Below are positions 52,713-64,000 of a stretch of 64,000 bases of DNA, piece by piece. Each line of letters starts with the position of its first letter. Positions within the stretch are counted from its first letter, which is position 1. Where the stretch lies: the NCBI GenBank assembly GCA_030704615.1, contig CM060734.1, forward strand, positions 46,748,001-46,812,000. The letters run 5' to 3'. Source of the stretch: Takakia lepidozioides. Its lineage: Eukaryota; Plantae; Bryophyta. A program made the translations under genes and the position numbers. The notes below the pieces were generated by a model. That model made no database searches. It was not told the DNA's origin and saw only the letters and a list, made by a program, of their open reading frames with translations.

Positions 52713-53619
52713 TACGCGGTCGCCAGTGGGGGCCTTGGGACCGTCCGGCTCCCGGTCCCCATCGTTTATTTTTATTTTTATTTTTATTTTATACCCCTGC
52801 GGCAACTGTTGTGGCGGTCGCCGGTTAGGGGGTCGGGACCGCGAGACTTTCTTAAAATTTGTTTACACTTTTAGCGGTCCCTTTTATTTTGGTTTTAAAA
52901 AAAAACCCAGTAGGCGACCGCTATCACTACAACAGATGAGCGTTTTTATGACTGCAAATATGACTATTTTTTCAGTACTATATGCGTTCATGACTACATG
53001 ACTCTGAAGTGAAAAAAAAACGGCATGATAGCGACTAGTCTTTAGGACTACATTTTGTAAGTCATAGCCGTGATTGCATGCGTGGCACCTGGAGTCATGC
53101 AGAGGAGAGTGATGTAGTCATATCTCTATCATTTACATATGACTAACTATATGACTACATTGTCTGCTGAGCGTTGCCTACATGGAGAGGCTTCAGTGGA
53201 ACACGTGCACCACTGCGCAAGCGACATGTCACGCATTCGTGAGGGGATCATATGACTATATGTCTGCAGAGCGATGCCTACATGGAGAGGCGCCGGATGG
53301 ACACGTGCGCCACTACGGATTTAACACGTCATTTTTGAATTATTTTTTAATATTTATTTTGAATTTTAGTAAATCAAATTACAAAATTATAAAATTTAGA
53401 TTATTAATTGATTTAAATTTTTCATTATATTTTTGGGAAAATATAATGGAAGGCCAACGAGGCTTGTACAAGTCTTGTAAATCATATTACAAAATTCCAA
53501 ATTGGACAAGCATAAAAATTAAGCAAACCGATACAAGGGCAAAAGTTTTTTAGTACTACTACAGTTCTGGTATATTACAATGAAGGACTCTATTTACAAC
53601 TATCGAATGCAATACTCCG

Positions 53620-53800
53620 TACAATTGCATTTGGCCAACAACTCCGAAACGAACTTGGTGGCAGTGTGGCAGTCACCACACACCCGAAGATTCTTCACGA
53701 GATGGAGAGACATCCCTGCAGCTCATCAGCCCAAAACCTCGATTGTCCCACCATTGACTGGGGTCAGAAAAGTTCCACAGCTTCTCCTCGTCTCTGTTAC
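53620..53800 (-). pseudogene. DYW deaminase C-terminal fragment preceded by an OSB-type PDF (WWDNR) motif fragment
   Basis: Translates as NRDEEKLWNFSDPSQWWDNRG-FGLMS, then after a frameshift LHLVKNLRVCGDCHTATKFVS (DYW CxxC region). It lacks HxE and the terminal DYW. Confidence 0.8.
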
Positions 53801-54299
53801 CTATTTTTGGATACTTTCTTGTTGTCACGTTGGCAATTTCATGTCAAAGTCATTCCAAACTATCAAAGGTTCACTCAACCAGCTAACTTGAAGAATTCAT
53901 AATGAAAATTGAGGGCCGATTCTGATAAGAGGGAAAAACAGGGTGAAATGTGTTGAAGAATGTGCCTTGATTAACAGTGCGTGATTTGATCAATTGTGTC
54001 ACTACTGCTGCGGCTTCCAGTTGACCATCTATTCATGCAGGTTTCTTGTACCTATCCTTCCACAACGAATCATAGGTAATCTGGAGCATGAAATTCGGCC
54101 CTCTTGGATGAATCTGGACCCACACTCTATCCCTGCTCCTTCAGCTATCCATGCCTCTGCACAAATCATGCATACATCCTCGCCTTGCTGCTAGCAGCTG
54201 ACAATGACAGCCTAGAATTGTTCCAGCAAACACCCCAACCCTACTTATCACACTAGTTCATATGCTCAATTGCATCTGTTACTCTCTATAATCCAACAG

Positions 54300-57200
54300 G
54301 CGTTCACGTTCTTGCCTCGATTGTCCCACCATTGACTGGGTTAGAAAAATATTCATTCCACAGCTTTTCCTCGTCATTTGCCCCTAGGTCTCCCAAGCCT
54401 CCATCCCGCGCCCTTGCTGTGCATATCCTGCAATCATCACACTCCACAACACCACATGTCGTTCAGCCATACTATCGAACACTCCCTTTGCATCCTCAAT
54501 GCTCCCACATTTGGCATACATGTCCACCAGGGCAGTGTTCAGAATGATATCAGGTGCAATTCCAGATTTGATGATGTCACCATGGATCTCTTTGCCCTTT
54601 TGCAGGACTGCCAGGCTTGCACAAGCATTGCAAACACACACAAACGAGATTTGGTTACACTTCACCCCTTCCCCCATCATAGGTTTCCAAGGCCTCCATC
54701 CCGCGCCCCTGCTGTGCATCTCCTGCAAGCATGGCATTACATGAGACCATATCTTGTTCAGCCATATAGTTGAACACTCCCTTTGCATCCTCGATGCACC
54801 CGTATTTTGCATACATATCCACCAGGGTATTGTTCAGAATGACATCGGGTACAATCCAGCTCTGAAAATATCACCATGGACCTCTTTGCCATTTTCCAGG
54901 GCTGCCAGGCTTGTAGAATCATTGCAAATGCACACAAACGTGATGTGGTCAGTGGGCTTCACCCCTTCCCCCATCATTCGATCATAGGTCTTCAAAGCCT
55001 CCATACCATGTCCCTGTTGTGCATACCCTGCAAGCATCGCGTTCCACGACAAAATGTTCAGCCATAGTGTTGAAAACTCCCTTCGCATCCTTAATGCACC
55101 CACATTTGGCATACATGTCCACCAAGGCAACGTTCAGAATGACATCTGGTACAATTCCAGCTTTGACGATGTCAGCATGGACCTCTTTCCCCTTTTCTAG
55201 GGCTCCCAGGCTTGCACACGCATTGCAAACACCAACAAAGGTGATGTGGTTGGGCTTCACCGGCCCTTCGCGCAGCATTTGCTCGTAGGTCTCCAAAGCA
55301 TTCCTACCACATCCATGTTAAATCCTGCCAACATTATATTCAACCTGATCAAAGTTCGTTGAGGCATTTTGTTGAACACTCGGTGTGCATTCATGATGCT
55401 CCTGCACTTAACATACATGTTCACAAGGTGTTGAAGAGAAAAACACTTGGCGTGAATCCACTTTGGATAATGTGAGAGTGCACCTGCTTTCCAGCTTCCA
55501 GACCCTTCATTTTGATGCACTTAAGCAAGAGACAGACATACATATCTGAATCTGCTGAAATGCTCCTTGGTTTAAAGGTTGTAGAGCCTCTTTCAGTTTG
55601 CCTGCCTCACAAAGAATCTTTACATGCCTAGAAGAGCCAGAAGAGGCATTATGGACTCCCTCTCTTGATCCTCTTTTAGAAGCTGTGGTCATGGTTGAGG
55701 TGCCTGATTTAAAACAAGGCTGCCAGGCTTGCAATGCACAGAAACATGATGTGGCCGGGCTGAACCCCTTTCCCCCATCATTTGCTCATAGGTCTCCAAA
55801 GCCTCCATCCCACGTCCCTGTTGTGCATACCCTGCAAGCATCGCACTCCACGACACCACATCTCGTTCAGCCATAGTGTTGAACACTCCCTTTGCATCCT
55901 CGATGCACCCACATTTTGCATACATGTCCACTAGGGTATTGTTTAGAATGACATTTGGTACAATTCCAGCTTTGAAGATGTCACCATGGACCTCCTTCCC
56001 CATTTCCAAAGCTGCCAGGTGTTTAGAATGACATTAGGTACAATTCCATAGTGAATGAACAAGTAATGATTAATGAGATCTTGCAACCTGTCTCCATCAA
56101 GATTCTGCACTCACGGCTTTGATGATATCCCCATGCACCTCTTTGCCCTTCTCCAGGGTTGCCAGGCCTGCAATGCACACAAACATGATGTGGCCGGGCT
56201 GAACCCCTTCCCCCATCATTTGCTCATAGGTCTCCAAAGCCTTCATCCCACGTCCCTGCTATGCATACCCTGCAAGCATCGCACTCCACGACACCACATC
56301 TCGTTCAGCCATAGTGTTGAACACTCCCTTTGCATCCTCGATGCACCCACATTTTGCATACATGTCCACTAGGGTATTGTTCAAAATGACATTTGGTACA
56401 ATTCCAGCTCTGAAGATGTCACCATGGACCTCCTTCCTCCTTTCCAAAGCTGCCAGGGCAGTGTTTAGAATGACATTAGGTACAATTCCAGCTTTGATGA
56501 TATCCCCATGCACCTCTTTGGCCTTCTCAAGGGCTGCCAGGCTTGCGCAAGCATTGCAATGCACACAAACATGATGTGAGAGGGCAAAACAGGCTGAAAT
56601 AGGTCAAAGAAGAAGGTGCCCTCACCACATTGTCCTTGAGCTTGTGTCATGACTTGACCGACCATCAACCCAAAAGGACCTCTTGTGTGTGCTGCTTGTG
56701 TCTGTAGTCAGGTAATGTCGGATTGGTCTGTGAGATCGAACCACCACGGTGCAGCTGAGTAGGCAGAGATTGAAACACGGCCTGCTAAGACCAAGCTGAC
56801 TCTCCCAAGAACGGCGAGCTCGCAAGAATGTTGCGAGCTTCTCCTCGTCTCATCTCCTCCTCCTCTTCTCCTTCCCGCATCATTTGCTCAATGCCTCCAT
56901 CCCACGCCCCTGCATATCTTGCTATCATCGCGTTCCATCCCTCGGCTACATGGTGTGGCGAAGGAGACAAAAAAACGCCAAGTCCTAGCCCTCCTCTGTG
57001 TTCATGATTACCCTAATGGGCAACCTTATTAGCAACTTTTTGACTTTTTAACCTTTTGCACTTTGATTCATTCTAGGTCAGAGGCTAAAATCCTCCTACC
57101 AGGCTTGTCTAGGAAACCAAAACACCACGTAGACAAACATTTGATAGTGGTAGTAAAATATATTACCATTGGGCTGGTTTGAACACTTTAGTAAAATTAT

Positions 57201-57560
57201 AGTAGAAATTTTCACTTTGAGTTTTTGAAATTGAAATATATATTACCAATTATATTTTCAGAATTACAGCTGTCAATGTTTGACTTAGGGGTGGTAGAAT
57301 AAAGGACTCTGTAGTGAAACTTTTGATAGTTGTAGTGAATTGTTTTATTAATATCAACACATTTCACTACGTGGTGCTAGAAATAGTGAAATGTGGCAAA
57401 CAGTGAAATTCATAGTGAAATACCGACGGTGCTGAAAACCATAGTGTGTTGTAGTGCCTAGCTGTGCCTGTCCTCGCCCCTTCCTGCATCATTTGCTCAA
57501 GAATAGGTCTGCAAAGCCTCCATCCCACGCCCCTGCACATCCTGCGATCACCGCGTTCCA
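54300..57560 (-). pseudogene. Fragmented PLS-class PPR array plus a second PDF-motif fragment
   Basis: Repeated [67 protein letters not shown] triplets with frameshifts. 54300-54376 reads DEEKLWNEYFSN/PSQWWDNRG. Confidence 0.92.
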
Positions 57561-58085
57561 TGCTCTAGGCTCGTGGGTACTAAGAAAACATATGGTGTGG
57601 CGGGAGACAAAAAAAAAGCCCAAAAGGAGGCCAAGTCCCAGCCCTCTGTTCACGGATGGCACCCTAAAGGGCAACCCTATAAGCAACTTTTTGAAAAAAA
57701 TTAACATTTTGCACTTTGATCATTAATGAATGAACTTACCCAATGGATGAATACATTCGTGTATGTGCCTTCAAAATGACACGTATAGTGATGCAGTCGT
57801 ATAATTAGAGTTGTAAAACCAAATTCAGTCATGAAGTCATACGATTCTAGGAAAATTCATCCACGTGTAGTCCTCCATATGACGCGAGTCATATAAACCA
57901 TCACTGTCATCGTGGTCAACAATGTTTGACCAATGCTCCCTACCTTTCCGGAGTCATGTAGTGATTACTACAGAGTAATAAAACTATGACTGCAACGCAT
58001 TTCAGCATTCTATAGTCGTGTATCTAATGCCGTTTTTATGACTATGCAAAAGCCGTAGTCCTAAAAACACTCATCTCTTGTAGTG

Positions 58086-58600
58086 TGTGGCGGTCGCCGA
58101 TTAGGGGCTCGGGACCGCCAGACTGGTGGTCCGCACCTTTTTTTTAAAAAAATGTTTCCACTTGATTTTTTACCCATGAGGCGACTGCTTCGGCGGTCGG
58201 CGATTGGGGGCTCGGGACCGCCAGACTGGCAGTCCCCACCTTTTTGGTTTTTTTGTTTCCACTTGTTCTGTACCCATGAGGTGATCGCCTCGGCGGTCAA
58301 CGATGAGGGGCTCAGGACCACCAGACTGGCGGTCCCCACTTTTTCCTTTTGTTTCCTTTTGTTTTTGTACCCATGAGGCGACCGCTGCGGCGGTTGCCGT
58401 TTGGGGGCTCGGGACTGCCAGACTAGCGGTCCCAATGTCGCTCCTGGCCGTGTTGGAGGGGGGGGGGAGGGGGTGTTGCCAGGCGACCGTTATAGTGGCG
58501 GTCGCCACCATCGCCACGTCACCCAGCACACAAGCGACTGCCGCTGTGGTGGTCGCCGGAATCGCCATGTGCCCCGTAGGCGATGTCGCACGGCTTTTAC
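58086..58600. repeat. GC-rich imperfect repeats of about 100 bp (GGCGACC/GGCGGTCGCC, GGGGCTCGGGACCGCCAGACTGG)
   Basis: Four or more units here and related units at 52715-52924 and 51210-51275; probably the subterminal region of the element interrupted by the Pack-CACTA. Confidence 0.75.
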
Positions 58601-58704
58601 TCACCCATCCCTTCGCTATCCGAGGCGGAAACTCCAAGATAGAAGAGTTGGAAATCTCTAAGTACTCAGCCCGCTCAGAACAATCAGTCATGACCTACAG
58701 CTAG

Positions 58705-59591
58705 TGTATCATGGGGGTGTTTCCTATTTGTTTCCCTTTCCACATTCATGTTAGCTACCTTACCATTGATAATTAAGTATCAGTTTGCTTCATCAATCTA
58801 TCGGATTCCTTCAACTCATCCATTCATTCCACAGCTTCACTCAGATCTCTCTCACAGTGTGATTGTATCGTATAAGTATCAGATTATGATTTATCAGGTA
58901 TCAGGCCGAAGCCATTGTATCTCTAATCTGCTTTACAATATCACTACAGCTTTGCATATAACAAGCATCTGCTAATCATCTCTCCTCCTTCACCGTGCTC
59001 TCCATGCTTGCTTCCGTTCTTGCTCTCCGCCCGATCCCCTCTCTTCCCTGACCAAGAAGTCCTTCCCCTGACGTGCTTCCAAGAATAATCCCCCTTCTCA
59101 GTCCTTGCTTCTCCATTTATCTTCCTACCCGTGGCTCTAACCGTTTCCCTCACTAACCGTCGTCCGTGAACTAACATGTTCCATTTGCAGGTGTTGTTCC
59201 CCACAGTCGTTCCCTGTCCTGCTCTCCGTTCCCTATGGTCGTGACAGCTGTGTCAAGCTGTGACTAGCTGTGTGAAACTGTGACGGGCTGTGACTGGCTG
59301 TGTGGCTGTGTCGGCTGTGACGGGCTGTGTTGGCTGTGTCGGCTGTGTCGGCTGTGACGACTGTGACGGGCTGTGTTGGCTGCGTCGGCTATGACGACTG
59401 TGACGGGCTGTGTCGGCTGTGTCGGCTGTGACGACTGTGACGGGCTGTGTTGGCTGTGATGGACTGTGTAACCCCCTTTTACAGTGTGCTGCTGTCACCC
59501 CTAAGGCTCCTGTTGATCTCAGTTTGTGCAAAAATTAAGGGTACCCTACAGATCTCGTATAAGTGTCTAAGTCCCAGACAGTCCTCTAACA
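58705..59591 (-). mobile_element. 3' LTR of an LTR retrotransposon
   Basis: On the minus strand a polypurine tract GAGAGGGGAAGGGGTAA (about 59608-59592) is followed directly by TGTTAG. The distal ...ACA end at 58705 is inferred. Confidence 0.65.
59246..59470. repeat. 9-10-bp tandem array with a GCTGTG core, inside the LTR
   Basis: About twenty units such as GGCTGTGTC, GGCTGTGAC and GGGCTGTGTT. Confidence 0.9.
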
Positions 59592-59629
59592 TTACCCCTT
59601 CCCCTCTCAAAAAGCCGTGTCCTCACGGT

Positions 59630-62600
59630 TTACTGATTGCGATTAGCAAACCTTTGTGAGTGAGCACCTTTCTGACGTTGAGAGTTTCGTGGCGGACTGT
59701 GTGTACGAGCCCGAGGTCTGTCACTGGTTGACGGAGATGTTTGAACAGTACCCAGATAAGTGAGGCCCTCTGGAGGCTGATATCGAGGTAACCTTTCAGG
59801 CATAGGAGACCCCCGTCGCTTCTTCTGTGCCATCTGTAATGCATAGTCTTCTCCCATGTCAAAAGAATCCGCTGAAGAAACAGTTGTATCAGAATCCTCA
59901 TCGCCTCTTAGGTGTTTTAATTGTCGAACTTTTTGTGGAATCCTCTGGGGCATACAATGTTGTCCTACCATGTCTGGAAGTTTATATTTTACAACTTGCT
60001 GTAAACGCTGAACAGCAAAATTGGTGAAGACACTGAGTTCTTGTCTGTCCAGGTGAGTGGGGTACCAATTACTTGTGCACCGTGCAAGTATTTCCATGCC
60101 ACATGTCCCTTATAGAAAATATCATCAATGCCAAATTTCTGTGTTGACAAATTGTTCCAGGCCGCTTGAAACCATGAACGAATTTGAGAATCCTTTTGCA
60201 TCATAACTTTTGCCTCATATAGGTACATATGAGGTGGTACTGAAGGTAAGACCCAATGATCTCCACTGGAATAACTCAGAAAGCGCGATTGCATCTTATG
60301 CTGCTCAATGTGATAACGTACCAGAAAACAAGCAGCGTAGTATAACCCGCATCCCATGACAATACTTGCTACCTCCTTGGTCTTGGTATAAATGAGTCCA
60401 TGTACAACTTGGAAGACAATTAATTCCTTCAACATTGTACTTGCCTCATGCCAGTATTGTGCAAAGTGATGATCCTCAATATGTCGATTGTTCGGAAGAA
60501 CTTTAGTCCTAGTTGCCACTGGCAGCCAAATACGCATGATTTGGTAGTAATGTGCGAATGACTGCGGAGGACTAAATTCTTTCCAAGCCAAATCCAACAT
60601 GATGGGAATTTGGTTGAAGGGCATAATCATAGCCCTACTGTACTCCCTTGTAGCTGGAGTTTTAGGTGGGTTAAAAGCAGCATTGCCCCATACCTCAGGC
60701 TGTGGTGGCTGTGGTGTGGTTGTAGTAACAACAGGTTCAGCTACTGGTACAGTGACTTGTTGTGGTACTGGTAGTACTGGCTCTTGTATCATTGGCATCT
60801 CCTGCACCTCCTGTGAAGACTGAAAAGCCAAAGTTCTGGCTTGTAAATAAGAAGCCATTAGCTGTTCCTGAGGGATATAGACTCTTTTGTCGATATTTGA
60901 AGTGAGGTCCTCCACTTGAGTCTGCAGTCCGTCTACATCCTCCTGTAACTCTGCTATCCTACTATAGACATTGTCTATAGTAATTGTGGCAATGTTCTGC
61001 ACTTGCAGTCTGAGCTCATTCATCTCGCTTTGGGTGAGCTTTCGTGGTGCTTTGCCCTCCACTGGCCCTTTTGCTAATCAGACCTGCATAAGGCTGTTAT
61101 CCACCAAGTTGCTTGTGGTTCCTCTGAGAGTGTGCTCATCTCTGAGTTTGTACACTTCTAACTGCTGTTGTAAAGCCTCCATGCGCTTCGCATGAGGTTC
61201 AACCAAATTCGCATAGGCAACAAGTAGATTATTAGCTTTCCTCCGAGCCTTGTTAGTGACCGAGATTTCATTTCTATTGGCCACGAGCGTTTGTTGCAAC
61301 TCCAGGATGTACTTCTCTTGGTCAGCTTCAACCTGCCTGTATTGCTTGAAAGTATCCTCATTGCGACAGATTGTATTCTTCATATCGACAATGAGTTTCA
61401 TTTGCTCAACATTCTCTTGTTCTGCCTTCGTACATTTTTCCGCTTGACTGTTTATTTCTTTTGTAGATTGGTCAAGCATAGTTGTGAATGTAGCACATTG
61501 TATCGTCATCCTGTCATACACTGTCTGCAACTCCGTATGTAGTGCATTCACTTCTTGCAACTTGTTTTCATGCTGCACCTGCATTTGGTATAGCTGTTGC
61601 TTATGTGCTTCGTGCAACTGGTCTTGCGCGAGGCCTGCCTCAATCAATTGTTCCTTGGCCAATTGCAAAGCCGCTTCTGTATTTTGCAAGTCCTGCTGCA
61701 TCTTGAGAGTGACCTCCTCATCGACCTTGTTTGCACACTCAGTGGCTAGTCAAGCCTCAAACTCCTTCCTGAGTTCCTCTCTCAAGGCTGTCAATTGGGT
61801 AGTTGGAACATGGGATTTGACATAAGTCCCCAACAAATTAAGTGTCCTGCCTATGGAACTCATCAGCATTGCCTGTTGAGGGTCATCATGGTGAGGTTGC
61901 TGCTGTTCCTCCTGATCCTCAACTGTGTGATGTCTCACGAACCACTCAGGCCATTGTCCCACCGGATTTTCTTCCTGAACCACTTCATCCATCACCAATG
62001 CTGCAGTGTCTTGACATTCTACCTGTGGTACCTCCGACACAGGTGTGTGTATTATATGCACCTCAAGATTTCCCTTGGGCAACTGTTGCACCTCTGGAAT
62101 CTCTGTCTCCTTGACCAGACCAGAATATTCATAGAGAAGGTCCCCCTTCTCAATTTCTGCCACTATCTGTTCTGTAGTTGGAATATCTAACCCTTCTTTT
62201 TCCAATCAATTATTTCTGGTGGCACTTCATGGGCAACTTGTGGTAACCTTGTGACAAGCCGATAAGCTGGCTGTGATGGCTGTGATGCTGAAGTAACTTC
62301 CTCTTCCCTCTCTGAAGGTCCTGCTTCCAGTAATAGCAGTTCTCTGTGCTGCTGTGCCCCTTCCTACACATGAGCTTGGGAAACATTATCATGCGGAATC
62401 CGTGAAGCCAGTGGATCCGCCACTATAGTCTTTCCCCGTCTTTGCCTCTTAGTCTCGGGTTGCCCTGCTAATCCACCCTCACTGTGTGAAGAGCCTTGCT
62501 CTTCCATTGCAGTGGTTTCTGGCTCAAACACTCCCATCTCCTTTCTTTCTTGCGCATCAAGTATGCCAGAATCAAGAATTATTTGAGCAATGATTGGGCC

Positions 62601-63398
62601 AGACACTATGATAGGAGACTTTGCGGTAGTACCTTGTAATCTTTTCATCTCCTCTACCAGTGCATTGTACATTATGTCCGCCCATTCTACCTCTTGTCCT
62701 TTCAAGGCTTTGAGTATTTCCTCCGTGAAGGATCTGCTCAAATACTGTTGGTTCTGTTTCATGGCAATCAGAACGTTCAATACCTGGCCTACCTCCTTTA
62801 GCCCTGGGTACACGGCCTTGGTACAAGCATAACCCTGAGTTTTAAAGAAACTCCCTTCTTGGAATAAGTCCCCTATTTGCAGTCTTGCCCTGTGCTCCTC
62901 CACATGCACCTGACCTGCTGGCAATCGAAACAATTGCTGGAGGTATAGGGGAGTAATTACTAATTCAACTCCCTTCACCGTTGTTGTTCCTGTCCTTGGC
63001 TCAAAGTTCTGCAAGAATTGTAACATGTACTGTCTATGGTGCAATGTCCAATCTATGCTTTGCAATCCTTGCAATCTCAGCTCCTTCAGTATCTGTATTG
63101 CCTGTGGGGTAGCAATCGTTTGTTTCTGCAGAATTGTGGTGCTCTTCACCCTGATTTCCTCCATTCCTCTCACTCTCTTCATTTTAGACCCACAGAAATA
63201 TTTTGGCTGTAACAACTGCAGAAATGCCTGTAGTGCACAAAGCATAAACGTATGGTTGCCACAAAAAGCTATGGGTAATTTCTTGTAAGCCTGCGGGGCT
63301 TGCAAGCATCGCCCAAGAGAAAAGCTCCGCTCTATTCTTTCGTGTCTATGCCACTGCGTAAGTAATATTGCGAGCGTATAGTCTGTTAGTTCCTCCAT
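59630..63398 (-). pseudogene. Large decayed accessory ORF of the LTR retrotransposon (about 1,200 codons)
   Basis: ORFs 61750-62205, 61078-61701 and 59989-61062 share one frame, broken only by single TGA codons. ORF 62364-63398 reads past one TAG and joins through a 1-nt shift near 62205. A probable further shift near 60100 extends it to 59630, just before the PPT. The N-terminal segment (LQFLQNF...TVKGVELVITP..LQQLFRLP...WA) resembles Athila/Tat-type extra-ORF domains; a long coiled coil follows. Confidence 0.7.
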
Positions 63399-63894
63399 AG
63401 TTTCCAAGCTATAGCATTGATGGTCTGTCCCGTCGAGACGCCCGTTACTCAGAACGACGCCGCCTCTTGCGCTTAATTTCCCTCCAATTTCTTGATCCTT
63501 TCTCTGGCTTTCTATTGGCTGTAACCGCTGTGACTGGATTTTAGATTTCATTTTCTTTAGTGGACTTTCCCTGCTGGATAGTCCACTAGGATCACACATG
63601 TGACAAGAATTTCGCTTTTCTGTACTTGCCCTTTGTTCCGTTCCCCTTTTACCGTATTCATTAATGGGCCCGCCTTTCATCCAATTTGACGCGCTGATTA
63701 GGTATTTTGACGTCCATTCTTGTCTTCTTTCTTGATGACACCTGTTCTTGCACTTCCTTCTCAGCTGTGTGTCGCGCCCTGACTTCCACGTGTCTATTTT
63801 TAAACTGGTTTCCGTCTTTTCTTCCGTCAGCCATTTTCCTGAAGTTATTGTGCGCCCACCTGTCACTGATTCTATGGATCGTGTAATCCTAGTA

Positions 63895-64000
63895 GGCTGT
63901 GTTGAGCTGTGACAGGCTGTGTCATACTGTGGTACGCTGTGATAGGCTGTGACACGCGGTGGTAGGTTGTGATAGGCTGTGTTGCGCCGTGCTGGGCTGT
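63895..64000. repeat. Second GCTGTG-core tandem array, running off the window end
   Basis: AGGCTGTGTTGAGCTGTGACAGGCTGTGTC... with the same core and period as the LTR array. Confidence 0.85.

Larger units (their letters stand above)
52925..58085. mobile_element. Pack-CACTA (5.16 kb) carrying PPR, PDF-motif and DYW gene fragments
   Basis: Left TIR CACTACAACAGATGAGCGTTTTTA versus right TIR (reverse complement) CACTACAAGAGATGAGTGTTTTTA; flanks TAT/TGT; ATGACTA-rich subterminal arms at both ends; no transposase; removing it rejoins a GGCGACCGC...GCGGTCGCC repeat. Confidence 0.88.

Noticed and set aside
58061-58704. Overlapping ORFs on both strands
   Set aside because: Explained by GC-rich, stop-poor repeats, with no coding signature.
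58680-58706. CTAG-T as a Helitron 3' end
   Set aside because: No convincing GC-rich hairpin upstream, and the following TG is better explained as the LTR boundary.
63399-63866. N-terminal 156 codons of the 500-aa ORF
   Set aside because: Non-ATG start, no protein-like pattern and promoter-like content. The real start is more likely ATG 63398 or 63182.

Overview
Nuclear genomic DNA of a land plant with GT-AG introns. It is most likely a non-seed plant with flagellated sperm (bryophyte, lycophyte or fern): it has a SHIPPO/ODF3-type flagellar gene, PLS-PPR/DYW pieces and a dirigent gene. Five host genes can be spliced by eye: a 7-exon fibrillin FBN7/PGL34 (+, 4244-11888), a 3-exon DUF506 gene (-, 15813-13925), a 10-exon 321-aa SHIPPO-repeat gene mostly missed by the ORF track (-, 30942-23702), an intronless dirigent gene (+, 38448-38984) and a 2-exon alkaline ceramidase (-, 42264-40237). 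Much of the rest is mobile DNA. An RTEX-like LINE repeatedly lands in (TC)n tracts and has stacked in fibrillin intron 5. There are tRNA-derived SINEs with a covarying multi-stem 3' domain and non-autonomous CACTA elements. A decayed hAT (BED+DUF659) sits next to a 120-bp satellite. A 5.2-kb Pack-CACTA carries PPR triplets, OSB-type WWDNR motifs and a DYW fragment. The window ends in the 3' part of an LTR retrotransposon with a roughly 1,200-codon decayed accessory ORF and GCTGTG motif arrays. The strongest candidates for novelty are the PPR/PDF/DYW Pack-CACTA, the LTR accessory ORF with its motif arrays, and the self-stacking (TC)n-targeting LINE. All family assignments come from motif recognition by eye, not from database searches.
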